A DNA stretch of 64,000 bases from an uncultured Gemmatimonadales bacterium (GCA_963783305.1 CAWAMW010000002.1:736001-800000), one strand, 5' to 3'; shown: positions 30,036-40,050, counted from the stretch's first letter. The notes: generated from the sequence alone by a model not told the origin. Program-made: numbers and translations.

Positions 30036-31421
30036 CTACCGCACCAGGTGGAACTCCTCCTGCCGCTCCAGAACCCAGCCAGGCGCACCGGCACCATCCA
30101 CCAGCGCCTCCTCCTCCAGCGCCATCCGCACCGCCTGGCCGCCCCACTCCGGTACCGGGGATGCCGCCTGGAGCTCAATCGAGAACCACGTGTTCGGACG
30201 GACAGGGAGGTCCCCGCGCGCCGGGACCCCCTCCTGCCGGTCCCATAGCCCGATCAGCGGCCCGGCGCCATGGCCGTGGTCCCCGATGGGATGACTGTAG
30301 ATCGTGCCGTCGATTCCCTCATCACGCATTTTTTTCAGAGATCGGGCAAGTACCTCGTTGCCGGTGCGCCCCGGCACCAGCTCCTCCAGCACGATGTCCT
30401 GGAGCCGGTTCGCGCGTACCAACGCCGCCACCAGCCCGGCCGGAGCGCTCATCTCCCCCTCCCGCAGCACGTAGCCCATGTGCTGCGTGTCCGTGTTGAG
30501 GCCGAACAGGCTCAGGCCGAAGTCCGTGTGCAGCACATCACCCCGACGGATCACAGGGTTCGCGGAATCGGCCATCTCCACCCCCCTCCGCTGCACACTC
30601 ACGCTCGGCTGGAACCACGTCCCCATACCCAGATCCCGCACCCGCTGCCGCAGCCACCAGACCACGTCTTCCTGCGTCGTGACGCCCGGCGTGATCACTT
30701 CCGCGGAGAAGGCCGTGGATATGATCTGATGCACGCGCTCCTGCATCCGCTCGTACGTGGGGAGCATCTCGGGCAGCCGCTCCTCCAGGTACTGCAACGG
30801 CAGCAGCTCGCGGCGGACGACCCGGTCCAGGTACTCCGGCCCGAGCGCCTCCTGCAGCTGCTCCCACTCACCCGCGGTCAGACCGTCCGAGAAGTTGTGC
30901 GCGCGCGAGATGTTCACCGCGATCGTCGCGGGATCACGATCCCGCACGATCGGCGGCAGCAACTCCCACTGCTCCGCGCCGAATGGCTCCGCCCGCCGCC
31001 GCTCCGTTCCCGCCGCCCCCACCGCCGCGGCCGGGTCCCGCACCACCTCGTACAGCCCTCCCTGCGACGTGCCCCCGATCGCGATCCGCTCCACGCCTTC
31101 CGCCGGACCACGGTCATGGAACACGTAGATCGTCCGCCGCCTCGCCGCCATCGTCGTCGGCGACACCAGCGCGTGGAACACCGGGTCCTCGTTGTACTCC
31201 CGTACCGGCACGATCCACATCTCCACCCCCTGCTCCCGCATCAGACGCGGAAGCACCCGCTCCAGCCGCTGCTCCAACCACTCCTGCTGGACCACCGCCT
31301 GCTCGCGCACCGTACCGAACGACCGGTCCTGCGCCACCACCGCCCCCGGCACAGCCGCCGCACTGAGCGGCAGCGCCACCAGCAGCACCGGCAGCCACGC
31401 TCGTCCCATGAGTCGGTCCAT
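30036..31421 (-). CDS. Secreted M24 (Xaa-Pro aminopeptidase) family metallopeptidase
   Basis: Signal peptide; HTDFG, TDTQH, HPIGDHGHGAG, SIEL, ALEE. Confidence 0.88.
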   Translation of the reverse strand: MDRLMGRAWLPVLLVALPLSAAAVPGAVVAQDRSFGTVREQAVVQQEWLEQRLERVLPRLMREQGVEMWIVPVREYNEDPVFHALVSPTTMAARRRTIYVFHDRGPAEGVERIAIGGTSQGGLYEVVRDPAAAVGAAGTERRRAEPFGAEQWELLPPIVRDRDPATIAVNISRAHNFSDGLTAGEWEQLQEALGPEYLDRVVRRELLPLQYLEERLPEMLPTYERMQERVHQIISTAFSAEVITPGVTTQEDVVWWLRQRVRDLGMGTWFQPSVSVQRRGVEMADSANPVIRRGDVLHTDFGLSLFGLNTDTQHMGYVLREGEMSAPAGLVAALVRANRLQDIVLEELVPGRTGNEVLARSLKKMRDEGIDGTIYSHPIGDHGHGAGPLIGLWDRQEGVPARGDLPVRPNTWFSIELQAASPVPEWGGQAVRMALEEEALVDGAGAPGWVLERQEEFHLVR

Positions 31422-31691
31422 CCGTTCACCTCCCTCGTATGTTGGACGTCCACTATACCCGCTTCGCCGAGTTCTCCACAACCGAACGTGGAATACCCGG
31501 ATGGATCGTGGAAAACTCGCTCCTTGGAGGTGGACAATCGGCAGTTCGGCGTGGATTGCGGTCGTTACAAAAGCGCATCTCCCTGGTGCGCAGGCAGATG
31601 CGCCATGGGATCAGCCGGGGGTTTCGGTATCGTTGCTGCGGGAGCACGCAAGTACCTGCGACACAACAGGTTACGCCAATGGCTAAAACTC

Positions 31692-31721
31692 TTGACCCGC
31701 ACCCCCCGAATCCGGTATCAT
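31692..31721 (+). promoter_or_regulatory. Sigma70-type promoter
   Basis: TTGACC, 18 bp spacer, TATCAT, directly upstream of the structured non-coding region. Confidence 0.65.
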
Positions 31722-31724
31722 TGG

Positions 31725-32014
31725 GTCAGACGTCACGGGACCGCGACAGCAAGCCCGCGGACGTCGCCTCCGGAAACGACGGTTTTCGCGAGGCTGCTCA
31801 CCCGGGGTTCGGACTTGGAGTGAGCCGGCTGCGAGGTCACTGGCCGCAGTCGATGCCCCTGGCCAGGGGCGCCCCGAGCCGCAGGTCGCGCGGCGGAGGG
31901 AGAAGAGAAATCGATCCAGGCGAAGCCCGCAGGGGTGAGCCACCGAACACGACGGATCGCGTCTCGCCAGTAGTCAAGGCCCCCGTTTCCGGTTCGCCGG
32001 AGACGGGGGTTCTT
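31725..32014 (+). ncRNA. Candidate structured non-coding RNA of unknown family
   Basis: Promoter upstream, at least six stems, 5'/3' closing helix, terminator downstream, no credible ORF. Confidence 0.55.
31976..32014 (+). terminator. Intrinsic terminator
   Basis: GGCCCCCGTTTCCGG-TTCG-CCGGAGACGGGGGTT followed by CTT. Confidence 0.75.
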
Positions 32015-32064
32015 GCGTTCCCCCACCCGCCTCGCTGGAACGCGTGATGCACGGCGGGAGCGGC

Positions 32065-32997
32065 ATGGACCTGGACACGCAGGCTCGGGGCGAGATCCGC
32101 ATCGGCATATCCGGCTGGCGCTACACCGGCTGGCGCGGTGAGTTCTACCCGGATGGCCTGCCGCAGCGGGCGGAGATGGAGTACGCCTGCAGTCGCTTTC
32201 CGACCGTGGAGATCAACGGGACGTTCTACTCGCTCCAGCGGAAGGCATACTTCGAGAGGTGGGCGGCCAGCGTCGCCGACGACTTCATCTTTGCGGTGAA
32301 GGGCAGCCGTTTCATCACCCACATGAAGCAGCTCAACGAACCGGAGCAGGCACTCTCGAACTTCTTCGGCCAGGGGCTCCTCGCGTTCGGTGACCACCTT
32401 GGCCCGATCCTGTGGCAGTTCAGCGAGCGGTTTCGCTTCCGTCCGGAGCGGCTGGAGCCCTTCCTCGACCTGCTCCCGCCCGACCACGCCTCCGCCGCGC
32501 GCCTCGCCCGGGAGCACGACCACCGCGTCAGGGATCCCTGCACGGAGCCCCGCGCAGAGCGCCCCATTCGCCACGCCATCGAGGTCCGTAACGACACGTT
32601 CCTCGTGCCCGAGTTCGTGGACATGTGTCGCGACCGTGGCATGGCCGTCGTCGTCTCCCACAGCCCCGGCGTGTACCCCCTGATCGAGGAGCCCACGGCC
32701 GACTTCATGTACCTCCGGCTGCACGGCGCCGAACGGATGTACTACGGCAGCTACGGCGATGAGGCGCTCGACGACTGGGCCGCTCGCATCAATGCCTGGT
32801 CCTCGGGCGAGGAACCCGCCCACCCGGAGCGGATCACGAGCGACGAGCCCCCGGCGGCCACACCCCGCGACGTGTACGTCTACTTCGACAACGACGAGAA
32901 GACGAAAGCCCCCTTCGACGCCCGCCGGCTCATGGAGCGCCTCGACCTCGCTGCCCCCTTCCCGCGCCCCGGCACCACCGACAGGATGCCCGAATGA
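32065..32997 (+). CDS. DUF72 family protein
   Basis: IGISGWRY, TVEINGTFY, KGSRFITH, YLRLHG, YFDND. Confidence 0.92.
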   Translation: MDLDTQARGEIRIGISGWRYTGWRGEFYPDGLPQRAEMEYACSRFPTVEINGTFYSLQRKAYFERWAASVADDFIFAVKGSRFITHMKQLNEPEQALSNFFGQGLLAFGDHLGPILWQFSERFRFRPERLEPFLDLLPPDHASAARLAREHDHRVRDPCTEPRAERPIRHAIEVRNDTFLVPEFVDMCRDRGMAVVVSHSPGVYPLIEEPTADFMYLRLHGAERMYYGSYGDEALDDWAARINAWSSGEEPAHPERITSDEPPAATPRDVYVYFDNDEKTKAPFDARRLMERLDLAAPFPRPGTTDRMPE

Positions 32998-33025
32998 CCG
33001 CCACGCCGTATTCTGCAGTACGCGG

Positions 33026-33077
33026 CTCCGTGAACCGTGACCGTGAACCGTGAACCGTGAACGGCGGCGCAGCCGCC
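33026..33077 (+). repeat. Heptamer tandem repeat (AACCGTG)x~5 plus GGCGGC-GCA-GCCGCC hairpin, copy 2
   Basis: Same unit and near-identical tail as the copy at 24103-24148. Confidence 0.85.
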
Positions 33078-33085
33078 AGGATGTC

Positions 33086-33535
33086 ATGACCGACCTGACG
33101 ATCTACCTCGCCGGCGAGATCCACTCCCCGTGGCGCGACGAGCTCCGGGATCTCCTCGAAGCCCATGGGATCCCCGCCGACATCGAGTGGGTGGGCCCTC
33201 AGGAGGTCCACGAGCGCTCCGATGACATCGGCGAGGCCATCCTCGGGGAGCAGCCGAACCAGCGCTATCGCGACCTCCTGGGCGGGAAGGTGAACAACCT
33301 CCGCAGGCGCATTCAGATGAACCGGGCCGACCTCGCCGTCGCCTACTTCGGGCCCGAGTACAAACAGTGGAATACCGCGGCGGATGCCGGGGCGGCGGCG
33401 GCCATGGACATCCCGCTCATCCTGGTCCGTGACATGGCGCACCTGCACGCGCTCAAGGACCTGGACGCGTTCGCGGCCGTGACCGTCGAGACGCTGGAGC
33501 AGGCGGCGGCCGTGATCGCCTACATGTTCGAGTAG
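33086..33535 (+). CDS. YtoQ family protein (nucleoside deoxyribosyltransferase-like fold)
   Basis: IYLAGEIHSPWR, YKQWNTAADAG, HALKD. Confidence 0.85.
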   Translation: MTDLTIYLAGEIHSPWRDELRDLLEAHGIPADIEWVGPQEVHERSDDIGEAILGEQPNQRYRDLLGGKVNNLRRRIQMNRADLAVAYFGPEYKQWNTAADAGAAAAMDIPLILVRDMAHLHALKDLDAFAAVTVETLEQAAAVIAYMFE

Positions 33536-33587
33536 TACGCCCGGAACCCTTGCGTCCGACCAGGCCACCAGTCAGCTTGGCCAGCCT

Positions 33588-33905
33588 ATGAGCAATCCAA
33601 GGATCGACAGTCTCCGGCGCATGCTGGAGAAGCACCCCGAAGACGCACGGCTCCGCTTCGGCCTCGCCCTCGAGTACGAGAAGCTGCAGCTGTGGGAGGA
33701 CGTGGCCGAGCAGCTCCAGCACTACCTCGCCCTCACCGAGGACGAAGGGAACGCCTGGGGCCGGCTCGGCACAGCGCTGCGGCACCTGGACCGCGATCCG
33801 GAAGCGCGGGACGCCTACCTCAAGGGGATCGACGCCGCCCGGCGCCACCACCACCCCACCATGGCCGCCGAGTTCGAGGAAGTCCTCGCCGACTGGGACG
33901 ACTGA
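33588..33905 (+). CDS. Small tetratricopeptide repeat protein
   Basis: PEDARLRFGLALEY, AWGRLG, ARDAYLKGI. Confidence 0.85.
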   Translation: MSNPRIDSLRRMLEKHPEDARLRFGLALEYEKLQLWEDVAEQLQHYLALTEDEGNAWGRLGTALRHLDRDPEARDAYLKGIDAARRHHHPTMAAEFEEVLADWDD

Positions 33906-33909
33906 GCGC

Positions 33910-34512
33910 TCAGTCCAGCAGCGAGGTCTGCCCGCCCACCGCCGGAACCTCGTGGCAGGCCCGACACCGCGCCTCGTAACTCTCCAACCCCCCCACCTGA
34001 ATCGTCGGACCCTCCGCCGGCGCAGGCCTGCCATCGATCAGCCGCTGGTTACGCGTGGCCAGCTCCCCGCACTTCACGCAGATCGCCGTCAGCTTGTCCA
34101 CCACCTCCGCCACGCTCAGCAGCGGACCGATCGGGCCGAACGGCTCACCCCGGAAGTCCATATCCGTACCCGCCGCGATCACACGCACCCCGCGATCCGC
34201 CAGCGCGTTCACCACTCGCACCACACCATCATCCAGGAACTGGATCTCGTCGATCGCCACCACCTCCGTCTCCGGCCGCACCGCCGACATCAACTCCCCC
34301 GATGTCGATACCATCAGCGCCGGCAACCGCCCCTCATCGTGCGAGACGACTTCCCGGATCCCATACCGGTCGTCCAGCTGCGACTTGAAGACCTGCACCC
34401 GCTTCTTCGCCAGCGTGGCACGACGAACGCGACGCATCAGCTCCTCCGACTTGCCGCTGAACATCACCCCACTGATGATCTCGATCCAGCCCGTTCTGCT
34501 CGTGTTCCTCAT
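33910..34512 (-). CDS. tdk: Thymidine kinase
   Basis: GVMFSGKSEEL, AIDEIQF, DFRGEPF, CVKCG, YEARCRAC. Confidence 0.95.
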   Translation of the reverse strand: MRNTSRTGWIEIISGVMFSGKSEELMRRVRRATLAKKRVQVFKSQLDDRYGIREVVSHDEGRLPALMVSTSGELMSAVRPETEVVAIDEIQFLDDGVVRVVNALADRGVRVIAAGTDMDFRGEPFGPIGPLLSVAEVVDKLTAICVKCGELATRNQRLIDGRPAPAEGPTIQVGGLESYEARCRACHEVPAVGGQTSLLD

Positions 34513-34611
34513 GGCGCGCCAACCTACCCTCAGCGACCGCGTCCGTCCACCCGCCCCGGCACGCGTCTTGAACACCTTCACACCCTCTTTCACTACCACC
34601 CGGAGATCCCC

Positions 34612-34842
34612 ATGCCAAAGCCCGATTCCGTCACCATCCTCGCCAAGGAAAACGGTCCCTACCTCGTCACCGGCCCCGTCTCACTCACCGACGTTGATGG
34701 CCACAGCTACGACATCGCCGACAAGAAGACCGTAGCCCTCTGCCAATGCGGCGGCTCCACCAAAAAACCCTTCTGCGACGGCACCCACTCCCGCATCGGC
34801 TTCGAAGCCGCCGAACGCGCCGTCTCCAACTCCGACCGCTGA
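34612..34842 (+). CDS. CDGSH iron-sulfur domain protein
   Basis: ENGPYLV, ALCQCGGSTKKPFCDGTH. Confidence 0.92.
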   Translation: MPKPDSVTILAKENGPYLVTGPVSLTDVDGHSYDIADKKTVALCQCGGSTKKPFCDGTHSRIGFEAAERAVSNSDR

Positions 34843-34855
34843 CCGCTTCCCCCTC

Positions 34856-35064
34856 GCGAGGCCCAGCCGAGCCACCCTGCGAGGCAAAGCCGAGCCACCC
34901 TGCGAGGCCCAGCCGAGCCACCCTGCGAGGCATAGCCGAGCCACCCTGCGAGGCCCAGCCGAGCCACCCTGCGAGGCATAGCCGAGCCACCCTGCGAGGC
35001 CCAGCCGAGCCACCCTGCGAGGCCATAAGCCGAGCCACCCTGCGAGGCAAAGCCGAGCCACCCT
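34856..35064. repeat. Tandem array of nine 23-bp units GCGAGGC-NN-AGCCGAGCCACCCT
   Basis: Variable positions in order: CC, AA, CC, AT, CC, AT, CC, CATA, AA. Confidence 0.95.
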
Positions 35065-35179
35065 CGTAGGGAATCCCCCCACAACCCACCCCCCTCCATT
35101 TCAGCCATCTCCCCACAGACGCCCACCCCTATAACGCATATTCTTATGAGGAAATCAGGATAACGCCACCGGAGATACC

Positions 35180-35620
35180 ATGACCCTCTCGCAAACCGCC
35201 GAACACGCGCTCCGCGCCGTCCTCTTCCTGGCCCGACAGCCGGAAGGGACGCGGGTGCCCGCCGAGGCGATCGCCAAGGCTCTTGGCGCCCCCCGGAACT
35301 ACCTCTCCAAGACGCTGGGTCTGCTGGCGCGCGGGGGACTTATCACGGGTGCGCGGGGGCCCACGGGCGGGTTCCGCCTCGAGCGGTCGCCCCACGACGT
35401 GACGCTCGCGGAGGTGGTGGAGCTGTTCGAGGAGCCGGTCGGCACGACCAGGGTGTGCCTGGAAGGAGGTCGGGCGTGCAGCAGTGAGTCGCCGTGCACC
35501 GCCCACGCCCGCTGGCTGGAGGTCCGGCGCGCCGCCCGTGCGCCGATGGAGGAGACAGTGATAGCGGACCTGCTGGGATCCCCGGCGCGGGAGACCCGGA
35601 GTGGGGAGGCCGCGGCATGA
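35180..35620 (+). CDS. Rrf2 family Fe-S transcriptional regulator
   Basis: [26 protein letters not shown]-x6-C-x5-C-x2-H. Confidence 0.92.
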   Translation: MTLSQTAEHALRAVLFLARQPEGTRVPAEAIAKALGAPRNYLSKTLGLLARGGLITGARGPTGGFRLERSPHDVTLAEVVELFEEPVGTTRVCLEGGRACSSESPCTAHARWLEVRRAARAPMEETVIADLLGSPARETRSGEAAA

Positions 35621-35670
35621 AGCCCGGCACAAACGACAACGAGTCGCAATCAGATAAGAGGAGCAGGGAA

Positions 35671-36792
35671 ATGAGCAGCATGAAGGCAGTGAAGGCACGC
35701 TGGATAGCGCTGGGAGCGGGTGGGGCGATTCTCGCCACGTCCGCGGTGGCGTTCAGCCTGTCGAGCCCCACGCGGTCGACGATGGACGCGGCGGTCCCGC
35801 CCACGCCGGAGGCGGAGGAGATCGTGGGTGTGGAGCAGGCCGAGCTGTTGGCCCCGCCCTTCGTGCCGGCGCCCATCACACGGAAGCACGCCACGAAGGT
35901 GATCGTGGACCTCGAGGTGATCGAGAAGCCCATGACGCTGGCGAACGGAGTCGAGTACACGATGTGGACGTTCGGCGGCACGGTGCCGGGCAAATTCATC
36001 CGCGTCCGTGAGGGCGACCAGGTGGAGTTCCACCTCAAGAACCACCACTCCAGCGACATGCCGCACAACATCGACCTGCACGCGGTCACGGGCCCGGGCG
36101 GTGGAGCCAAGGCGTCTCTGACGATGCCGGGGAACGAGACGGTGTTCGAGTTCACGGCGCTGAATCCCGGCCTCTACGTCTATCACTGCGCCACCGCGCC
36201 CGTGGGGATCCACATCGCCAACGGCATGTACGGGATGATCCTGGTGGAGCCGAAGGAGGGCCTGCCGCCGGTCGACCGTGAGTATTACGTAATGCAGGGT
36301 GAGTTCTACACCAAGGGCGGGTACATGGAGAAGGGCCTGCAGCCGTTCGACATGGAGAAGGCCATGGACGAGAACCCGGACTACGTGGTGTTCAACGGCG
36401 CCGTCGGCTCGCTGACGGGCGAGAACGCGCTGAAGGCGGAGAAGGGCGAGACGGTTCGGCTGTTCGTCGGCAACGGCGGCCCCAACCTGACCAGCTCCTT
36501 CCACGTGATCGGTGAGATCTTCGACAACGTCTATGCCGAGGGCGGCACCATGGTCAGCCACAACATCCAGACGACGTCGATCCCCGCCGGCGGCGCGGCC
36601 ATCACCGAGTACCGCGTGGAGGTCCCGGGCGAGCTGATCCTGGTCGACCACGCGATCTTCCGGGCCTTCAACAAGGGCGCGCTGGGTATGATGGAGGTCA
36701 CTGGTGAGCAGGACATGGCGATCTTCAGCGGCCAGAAGACGAACCAGCCCTACGAGGCGACCACCCCCGCCGTCGCGGACGACGAAGAGTAG
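35671..36792 (+). CDS. nirK: Copper-containing nitrite reductase
   Basis: [49 protein letters not shown]-terminal signal/anchor; alternative start at 35617. Confidence 0.95.
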   Translation: MSSMKAVKARWIALGAGGAILATSAVAFSLSSPTRSTMDAAVPPTPEAEEIVGVEQAELLAPPFVPAPITRKHATKVIVDLEVIEKPMTLANGVEYTMWTFGGTVPGKFIRVREGDQVEFHLKNHHSSDMPHNIDLHAVTGPGGGAKASLTMPGNETVFEFTALNPGLYVYHCATAPVGIHIANGMYGMILVEPKEGLPPVDREYYVMQGEFYTKGGYMEKGLQPFDMEKAMDENPDYVVFNGAVGSLTGENALKAEKGETVRLFVGNGGPNLTSSFHVIGEIFDNVYAEGGTMVSHNIQTTSIPAGGAAITEYRVEVPGELILVDHAIFRAFNKGALGMMEVTGEQDMAIFSGQKTNQPYEATTPAVADDEE

Positions 36793-36807
36793 GGGACGGA
36801 AGCCACC

Positions 36808-37569
36808 ATGCTGCGTCGACTCGTCACGCTCGCGCTGCTCCTCCCCCTTCCCCTCGCCGCTCAGGCGGGGGGAAGGGGGATGGTGGTGGTGCCGGCGGGG
36901 CGCTACATGCCCCTCTACGCGCCGGACACCACAGCCGTGCATGTCGAGTCGTTCCGAATGGACCGGTATCCGGTCACCCGCGGTGATTTCGCCAGCTTCG
37001 TCGCGTCCAATCCGCGGTGGCGGCGCGGCCAGGTGAAGCCGGTTTTCGCCGATCGCCGCTACCTCGTAGACTGGAAGGACGACGTCACCCCAGGCGACCG
37101 ACCGGATGCACCGGTCACCAACGTCTCCTGGTTCGCGGCACGCGCCTACTGCGGCTCGCAGGGCCGGCGGCTCCCCACGGTGGACGAGTGGGAGTACGCG
37201 GCCCGGGCCGACGAGACCCGCGCTGACGCCATGAGCGACCCGGCCCACAAGGCGCGGGTCCTCGAGCTGTACACGCAGCGGCCCAAGACACCGCCCGCGG
37301 TCGGCGCCACCTTCACCAACACGTACGGGATCCACGATATGCACGGCCTGGTCTGGGAATGGATCCGGGACTTCAACACCGTCACGGTCGGTACAGACTC
37401 GCGCGGCACCGGCCAGCGCGACAACCAGCTCTACTGCGCCGCCGGGGCCGAGGGCGCCACGGACACGGGCAACTACGCCGCGTTCCTGCGCTATGCCTTC
37501 CGCGCCAGCCTCCAGGGTCGCTCCACGTCGGCAGCCCTCGGGTTCCGCTGCGCCCTGGACGCGCCATGA
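36808..37569 (+). CDS. NirV-like formylglycine-generating-enzyme (FGE-sulfatase) family protein
   Basis: PVTNVSWFAARAYC, RLPTVDEWEYA, HGLVWEW, LGFRC; adjacent to nirK. Confidence 0.88.
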   Translation: MLRRLVTLALLLPLPLAAQAGGRGMVVVPAGRYMPLYAPDTTAVHVESFRMDRYPVTRGDFASFVASNPRWRRGQVKPVFADRRYLVDWKDDVTPGDRPDAPVTNVSWFAARAYCGSQGRRLPTVDEWEYAARADETRADAMSDPAHKARVLELYTQRPKTPPAVGATFTNTYGIHDMHGLVWEWIRDFNTVTVGTDSRGTGQRDNQLYCAAGAEGATDTGNYAAFLRYAFRASLQGRSTSAALGFRCALDAP

Positions 37570-38324
37570 GGGCGGCGCCACGCGGGCGGTCGGACACCCG
37601 CCGCCGGAGCGTCGTGATCGCCCGGCTGCTCTGGGTCGCCCTGGCCGTCATGATGCTGGTGCTCGCCGCCTGCGGCCCGTCCGACGCCGACGCCCGTGAT
37701 CCAGCCGCCGACCCCTCGACGATGGAGGACGCGTCGATGGAGGCAGGGCACAGGGGAGAGGACGGTTCGGATCACGCGGGAATGGACCACAGCGCGATGA
37801 AGCACCGCGACATCGGCGCCACCGAGCCCACCGACTTCTCCATCTATCACGCCGAATCGGTCTGGACCGACCAGACGAGCGCGGAGCGTCAGCTCGAGTC
37901 CCTGGCGGGCCGGGTGCAGGTCGTCGCGATGCTTTACACGAGCTGCGCCTACGCCTGCCCCCGTATCATGCTGGACATGAAGCGGATCGAGGGGGAGCTC
38001 GGTGCAGCGCTGAGCGACGACGTCGGCTTCGTCGTCGTATCCATCGATCCCGATCGCGACACGCCCGAGCGCCTGACCGAGTTCGCTTCCGGCAGCATGC
38101 TGGACCCGGATGCGTGGACGCTCCTGACCGGCGCGGAGGGCGACATCCTGGAGCTGGCCGCCCTCCTGGGGGTCCAGTACCGGGAGACGGAGCCCGGGGA
38201 GTGGGTCCACAGCAATGTCATCACGGTGCTGGATCAGGAGGGCGTGGTGGCCCACCGACAGCTCGGCCTCGGCTCCGACCCCGCCGAGACCCTCGACGTC
38301 ATCCGAAAGCTCGCGGCTCGCTAG
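37566..38324 (+). CDS. SCO1/SenC family copper chaperone lipoprotein
   Basis: LAAC lipobox, His/Met-rich linker, YTSCAYACP, SIDPDRDTP, VHSN. Confidence 0.9.
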   Translation: MRAAPRGRSDTRRRSVVIARLLWVALAVMMLVLAACGPSDADARDPAADPSTMEDASMEAGHRGEDGSDHAGMDHSAMKHRDIGATEPTDFSIYHAESVWTDQTSAERQLESLAGRVQVVAMLYTSCAYACPRIMLDMKRIEGELGAALSDDVGFVVVSIDPDRDTPERLTEFASGSMLDPDAWTLLTGAEGDILELAALLGVQYRETEPGEWVHSNVITVLDQEGVVAHRQLGLGSDPAETLDVIRKLAAR

Positions 38325-38422
38325 CCGGAACCGCGAGGCATGAGCCGTGCGAACCTGCCGGCACCCGGCGGTCACAATCCGTGCGGGCAGGACGTTGTGA
38401 TGGTGAACGATCACCGAACGGT

Positions 38423-39280
38423 ATGCCTATTCGCGCTCTCCATGCTCCCCGCGCTTTCTTCTTCGCCGCGCTCGCACTCGCGCTGACGGGCGCGGTGCCG
38501 GTCGCCCTGCCGGCGCAGAGCATCGTGGGGACCGTGGTCGACCACGAGTCCGGTGGTGTACTCGAAGGGGTCGAGCTCCGCTTGCTGGACACCGCCGACT
38601 CCGTCCTGGTCGTGACCCGCTCGGGCGCGGAAGGCGGGTTTAGGCTGCTCGCGCCGTCGCGCGGTGAGTGGCGGATCGCCGCCGAGCTCCTCGGCTACAG
38701 CCGCACCCTCTCCGATCCCATCACTCTCGACCATGACCGTGTGGTCGACGTACAGATCCGGATGGCGATCGAGCCCGTCCCCATCGAGGAGCCGCTGGTC
38801 GTCGTGGGCGAGGTGACGTACCTCAACCCCGACATCCAGGGGTTCCACAGGCGCCGTAAGGAGTCGGCCGGCAATGGCACGTTCCTCTTCGGCGAGATCA
38901 TCGAGCGCCGCGCCGGCACCCGCCCCACCGACCTCATCCGGTCGGTCGCCGGGCTGCGGCTCATGCGGCAGCCGAGTGGCCAGGGCCAGTTGATCCACAT
39001 GCGCAACGGCTGCGTCCCGGCGGTGTTCATCGACGGCGCCCAGATCAACCGCTATCAATCCTCCGAGTCCGTCGACGACTATGTGGTCTCCGAGAACATT
39101 GAGGGGATCGAGGTCTATCGCGGAACCCAGACCGCCGGCCGCTTCTACGACCGGCACGGCTGCGGCCTGGTCCTCATCTGGACCCGGCGCGGCACCGCCG
39201 TGCCCACCGCGACGAAGTTCGACGTCAAGCGCGTCTTCGTCTTCATCGGGCTGCTGGCGGGGTTCTTCGTCCTGCGCTAG
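38423..39280 (+). CDS. Carboxypeptidase-regulatory-like domain plus TonB plug-like domain protein
   Basis: [44 protein letters not shown]. Confidence 0.78.
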   Translation: MPIRALHAPRAFFFAALALALTGAVPVALPAQSIVGTVVDHESGGVLEGVELRLLDTADSVLVVTRSGAEGGFRLLAPSRGEWRIAAELLGYSRTLSDPITLDHDRVVDVQIRMAIEPVPIEEPLVVVGEVTYLNPDIQGFHRRRKESAGNGTFLFGEIIERRAGTRPTDLIRSVAGLRLMRQPSGQGQLIHMRNGCVPAVFIDGAQINRYQSSESVDDYVVSENIEGIEVYRGTQTAGRFYDRHGCGLVLIWTRRGTAVPTATKFDVKRVFVFIGLLAGFFVLR

Positions 39281-39378
39281 CCGCTGCGGCCGCAGCTCCG
39301 GCGGCCACTGGCCCTTTCGGCGGCAACGCGGCCTTCACACATTCAGAACCACACTGCCCATCGTCCCGGAGCGAGATC

Positions 39379-39585
39379 ATGTCCGACCACGTGTACAAGA
39401 AGGTAGAGCTCACCGGCTCCTCCACCCAGAGCATCGAGGACGCCATCGACAAGGCCATCTCCAAGGCCTCCGCCACGATGCACAATCTGCGCTGGTTCGA
39501 GGTGGGTGAGATTCGGGGCCACATCGAGAACGGCTCCATCTCGCACTACCAGGTTACCATCAAGATCGGGTTCACCGTGGACTGA
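39379..39585 (+). CDS. Dodecin (flavin-binding protein)
   Basis: [27 protein letters not shown]. Confidence 0.95.
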   Translation: MSDHVYKKVELTGSSTQSIEDAIDKAISKASATMHNLRWFEVGEIRGHIENGSISHYQVTIKIGFTVD

Positions 39586-39588
39586 TCG

Positions 39589-40050
39589 ATGGTGCACTCC
39601 GACCCCCACGGCTCCGACCCGTCCGCCGCCCAGGCGCTCCTCGCCTTCAGGATCATCGGCGCCAGCCTGGGCCTCGGTGTAACGCTCTTCGCCTTCGTCA
39701 GCTGGTTCCTCCACCAGCAAGGTGGACCGGCCAGGGCCGCACCGGACCCCGACCTCATGGCCAGCCTGGTCGTCGCGCTGGCGACAGCGGCCATCCTCAC
39801 GGCGATCCTCTTCTGGCGCGCCCGAGTCGCGCCGCTCATCGAGCGGGAAGCCGCGCGTCCAGAGGAATCCCGGACGGGGGACATCCAGACGAATGTGGTG
39901 ATTGTCTGGGCGCTCCTGGAAGCCCCAGCCCTGTTCGCCGTGGTCCTCTACTTCATGTACGGGAACGTTCTTGCCGGCGCCCTCGGAGTGGCGCTCATCT
40001 GGGCGGCGCTCGCCGCGACGTGGCCGCGCGAGGAGTGGTTCGGTACCTGA
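39589..40050 (+). CDS. Hypothetical 4-TM membrane protein
   Basis: Four hydrophobic segments, WALLEAPALF; directly after dodecin. Confidence 0.75.
   Translation: MVHSDPHGSDPSAAQALLAFRIIGASLGLGVTLFAFVSWFLHQQGGPARAAPDPDLMASLVVALATAAILTAILFWRARVAPLIEREAARPEESRTGDIQTNVVIVWALLEAPALFAVVLYFMYGNVLAGALGVALIWAALAATWPREEWFGT

Noticed and set aside
31725..32014. RNase P, tmRNA, SRP, 6S, group II intron or c-di-AMP/c-di-GMP riboswitch
   Set aside because: I could not find their diagnostic sequences by eye; GAGCCGGCTGCG only superficially resembles intron domain V, and the fold is branched rather than 6S rod-like.
34856..35064. CRISPR array
   Set aside because: The variable parts are only 2-4 nt, there are no spacers and no cas genes; it is a tandem repeat.
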